From assembly GCA_017609645.1 (NCBI GenBank), contig JAFCDQ010000002.1, positions 65,260-129,259 on the forward strand: a DNA stretch of 64,000 nt. The letters run 5' to 3'. Below the pieces are notes generated by a model. It ran no database searches, was not told the origin of the DNA, and saw nothing but the letters and a program-made list of their open reading frames with translations. Shown here one piece after another: positions 61,321 to 64,000 of this stretch; positions within the stretch are counted from its first letter, which is position 1; each line of letters begins with the position of its first letter. This DNA is from Candidatus Woesearchaeota archaeon. Its GTDB lineage: Archaea > Nanobdellota > Nanobdellia > Woesearchaeales > ARS49. The translations under genes were made by a program, and so were the position numbers.

Positions 61321-61635
61321 TTATCTAAGAACTTTGGCATATCTTTTCATCATTAACTTAGCTTGAACATCAAGATTCTCTGCTAATTTCTTATAAGCCT
61401 GGAATCTTCTATCTAACTCATAAACTTTATGCTTTTTCTTAGCAAACTCTTCAGCAGCTATTGTTCCATCAGAAACTCCTTTAACTAAAAGCTTTATTGC
61501 TTCAACTTCAGCAAATAAAGCATCAACAGTGCTTTTTTCATTTGCTAACAAACTCTGCAAAATATTTATTCCTTTTGCAAGATCATCTTTATTTATTCCG
61601 CCCACACCTGAAATTACCTTATATGCTTTAGCCAT
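61321..61635 (-). CDS. Hypothetical coiled-coil protein
   Basis: AGGTGA RBS; 104 aa. Confidence 0.65.
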   Translation of the reverse strand: MAKAYKVISGVGGINKDDLAKGINILQSLLANEKSTVDALFAEVEAIKLLVKGVSDGTIAAEEFAKKKHKVYELDRRFQAYKKLAENLDVQAKLMMKRYAKVLR

Positions 61636-61639
61636 ACAA

Positions 61640-62479
61640 TCACCTAAATAATTTTGAAGTACCTAACTTCTTTTCAAGATCTTTTGCTTTTAAAAATGAT
61701 TTTCTAAACTCATTAACCTTATTAAAAATATAAGTAAATTCCATTAAACAAATTTCATCAGCTTTGGTACCCCAACTAGCCAAGGTCACAGTGTTTATAT
61801 GATTTATTAAACTCTCTAACATTTTGGACTCAGACTCAAACAAACCCTCTAAAGCAGCAATAATACCTAATTCTTCACTTGCTAATTGCTTTGAAACAAT
61901 TTTCTTAACTTCAACTTCTCTTTCAATTTTTTCTTCTTTTTTCTCAAGAGCTTTTTCAGAAGTTGAAATCTTCTTGCCAATCGCTTTTGTTCCGCCAAAA
62001 ATAATCAAAGCAACAGTTATTACAGTTAAGATAATAGGAATAATCAAAAACTCAGTCTCACCCATAAAAGCTAACCCTGTGATGTCTTCCTTAAAAATTT
62101 GAGCAAGAATAAATAAAGTCCAAGTGGCAATAGTTAAAACAAGAACAGGAACAACAAATTTCTTACCTCCAAATTTAGCTCCGCCCCATTTGAAAAAGAA
62201 AATAAACACAGCAATAACTGCTAAACCAATTCCAATTAATTTTACAGCATCACTTTGAAAGAAAGCAACATCTTTGAAAATCTTATCCCCTAAAAATAAG
62301 ATTAAACCAATAATAACCAAAAGAGCTACTATAAATCCTGATTTTACTGGATTTTTACCCATTGTATAACCATAACCTGCTTTTCTTTTTGCAATCCAAG
62401 TCTTGATGCCATAAAATATTCCTACTATTAGTAGCAAACCTGCAGTTCCTAACAAAATTACTAACCAACTTTCTGCCAT
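61640..62479 (-). CDS. Five-TM membrane protein with C-terminal coiled coil
   Basis: Hydrophobic helices followed by a charged helical tail. Confidence 0.7.
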   Translation of the reverse strand: MAESWLVILLGTAGLLLIVGIFYGIKTWIAKRKAGYGYTMGKNPVKSGFIVALLVIIGLILFLGDKIFKDVAFFQSDAVKLIGIGLAVIAVFIFFFKWGGAKFGGKKFVVPVLVLTIATWTLFILAQIFKEDITGLAFMGETEFLIIPIILTVITVALIIFGGTKAIGKKISTSEKALEKKEEKIEREVEVKKIVSKQLASEELGIIAALEGLFESESKMLESLINHINTVTLASWGTKADEICLMEFTYIFNKVNEFRKSFLKAKDLEKKLGTSKLFR

Positions 62480-62623
62480 CTCTTTTAAACATTAAAACTT
62501 TTTAATTTAAAAAGATGTGTGACTACATTGGAATAGTGTAGGCTAGAAAATCAACGCCCCTGCCCTGGCTGCGCCAGAAAAAGCCACTAAAGTGACATGC
62601 CATTAACTACAATTTGTTTTCTA

Positions 62624-62698
62624 CGCCCCAGCTGAGATTTGAACTCAGGTCTCTGCCTCGAGAGGGCAGCATACTTGGCCGGGCTATACTACTGGGGC
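62624..62698 (-). tRNA. tRNA-Glu(CTC)
   Basis: Cloverleaf with CTGCC-CTCTCGA-GGCAG anticodon arm and GTTCAAATC. Confidence 0.95.
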
Positions 62699-62754
62699 AT
62701 ATCTTAAAAATTTAAGGAAAAGTATTTAATATTAACTGAATATCTATCATAAAT

Positions 62755-63246
62755 ATGGCAAAGCCAGAAAATGTACAAAAAGCATTAAGCACATTAGCAA
62801 TCATAATCTTATTCATACCATTAGTATTTATGGGAGCAAATGTTTTCTTTCCAGACTATGAGGATTATTATCCAGGGAAAAACTGTTATGCAACACCAAG
62901 ACCTGTAAATGCAGCACCAGGAGTTGCTGAAACCTGGGACAAAGACAGACAAGACTGCATGGACCAAGAAAGAACAGAAAGACAACAATGGGAAGAAGAC
63001 AGAAGAGTATATGAAGGACAAAAATATATCTTTGTATCTATTGTTTGCTTGGTAGCAATACTAGCAGCATTATTAATACCATTAAATCCACAAATAAAAT
63101 GGGGATTATTCATAGGTGCAATAGTATCAGCATTCTTTGCAACACTTATTTATTTCAGAACAAAATCAATCATAGGCTTCTTGATATTAGTTATATTGTT
63201 TATTCTAGTGATAGTATTTATTGGCAGGCAGAAAATAAAGAAATAA
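62755..63246 (+). CDS. Hypothetical four-TM membrane protein
   Basis: TM, loop with two Cys, then three TM helices. Confidence 0.7.
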   Translation: MAKPENVQKALSTLAIIILFIPLVFMGANVFFPDYEDYYPGKNCYATPRPVNAAPGVAETWDKDRQDCMDQERTERQQWEEDRRVYEGQKYIFVSIVCLVAILAALLIPLNPQIKWGLFIGAIVSAFFATLIYFRTKSIIGFLILVILFILVIVFIGRQKIKK

Positions 63247-63288
63247 GCCTAAAATTTAAAAACTAACTTCTTTTTTCTTTCTATTATA

Positions 63289-63371
63289 ATGCCGGCGTGG
63301 CATACTCAAAAATCATTATCATGATTTTCGGTCGCCTCGCCAACATTCGTTACACTCATGCCGGCGTGGCA
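63289..63371 (+). repeat. Duplicated tRNA-Ser 5' end enclosing a hairpin element
   Basis: ATGCCGGCGTGGCA at 63289-63302 and 63358-63371 with AAAATCAT-tatc-ATGATTTT between. Confidence 0.85.
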
Positions 63372-63443
63372 CAACCTGGTACTGCGCAGCCCTGGAAAGG
63401 CTGTTTCCGCAAGGATATCTCGGTTCAAATCCGAGCGCCGGCG
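63360..63443 (+). tRNA. tRNA-Ser(GGA)
   Basis: 84-nt cloverleaf, CAGCC-CTGGAAA-GGCTG, long variable arm and G73. Confidence 0.95.
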
Positions 63444-63524
63444 TACTAACCCAAAACAATCGAGCGCAGGCTTACCTTTTCTACCAAAAGCTTTAAAAAG
63501 GATTTACTGTTTTTCAGAGGAATC

Positions 63525-63791
63525 ATGAAAGGAACAATAACAGCATTCAGAGGCACAAGAAGAGTGAAAAAAGGCAATCAATGCATAATCCAAGCAGAGA
63601 AAGTTGCCAAAAAAGAAGAAGCAGAGAAACTAGTAGGCAAAATAGTAACCTGGAAAACTCCTTCTAAAAAAGAGCCAAAAGAAATAAAAGGCAAAATCAC
63701 AGCAGTCCATGGCGGAAATGGCGCTGTAAGGGTTTTATTTGAAAAAGGCATGCCTGGCCAAAGTTTAGGAACAGAAGTTAAGATTGAATAA
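63525..63791 (+). CDS. rpl35ae: 50S ribosomal protein L35Ae
   Basis: FRG...NQ.II, LVGK.V.W, GKITAVHGGNGAVR..F and PGQSLG. Confidence 0.93.
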   Translation: MKGTITAFRGTRRVKKGNQCIIQAEKVAKKEEAEKLVGKIVTWKTPSKKEPKEIKGKITAVHGGNGAVRVLFEKGMPGQSLGTEVKIE

Positions 63792-63814
63792 ATCCACAGT
63801 GAGGTAAAGACAAA

Positions 63815-64000
63815 ATGGCTATAAGCGAAGAACAAATGGAATTTGTAGAACCAAATTATGAAACTCTTATACAAGATTTGATAGATTTTCCAAAAAAATA
63901 TGAACAAGTAGATAAAAAAGCAATTGAAAATGGAGAATTTGACTTAGAAACAACTATACTTGCAACAGTTAAAACTTATTTTAAAATAAAAGCAAATACA
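63815..64000 (+). CDS. Hypothetical protein, partial (runs off the window end)
   Basis: GAGGT RBS, ATG at 63815 and an open frame MAISEEQMEF... to the end. Confidence 0.6.
   Translation, partial: MAISEEQMEFVEPNYETLIQDLIDFPKKYEQVDKKAIENGEFDLETTILATVKTYFKIKANT

Overview
AT-rich chromosomal segment from a DPANN-type archaeon, most consistent with Woesearchaeota/Nanobdellota. This is inferred from the archaeal 16S-tRNA(Ala)-23S operon without an adjacent 5S, aCPSF1-psmB, LonB, Kae1, L35Ae and BRE/TATA promoters, together with bacterial-type ispH and metG. It contains three aminoacyl-tRNA synthetases, a membrane pyrophosphatase, five tRNA genes (two with introns, one at the non-canonical T-loop position 59/60), many surface or secreted proteins (including a Gly-rich fibre with a phage-type S74 chaperone domain) and an MNT-HEPN toxin-antitoxin pair. 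The main unexplained structure is three separate 1-2 kb single-gene islets (TPR protein, 2-hydroxyacid dehydrogenase, CorA). Each is bracketed by a 32-96 bp direct repeat of the end of a neighbouring host gene, every mismatch in coding sequence is synonymous, and none carries an integrase or transposase. In addition, three tRNA genes carry duplicated termini interleaved with small palindromes, including a short array of tRNA-Ser 3' ends. All assignments were made by eye from motifs; no database searches were run.
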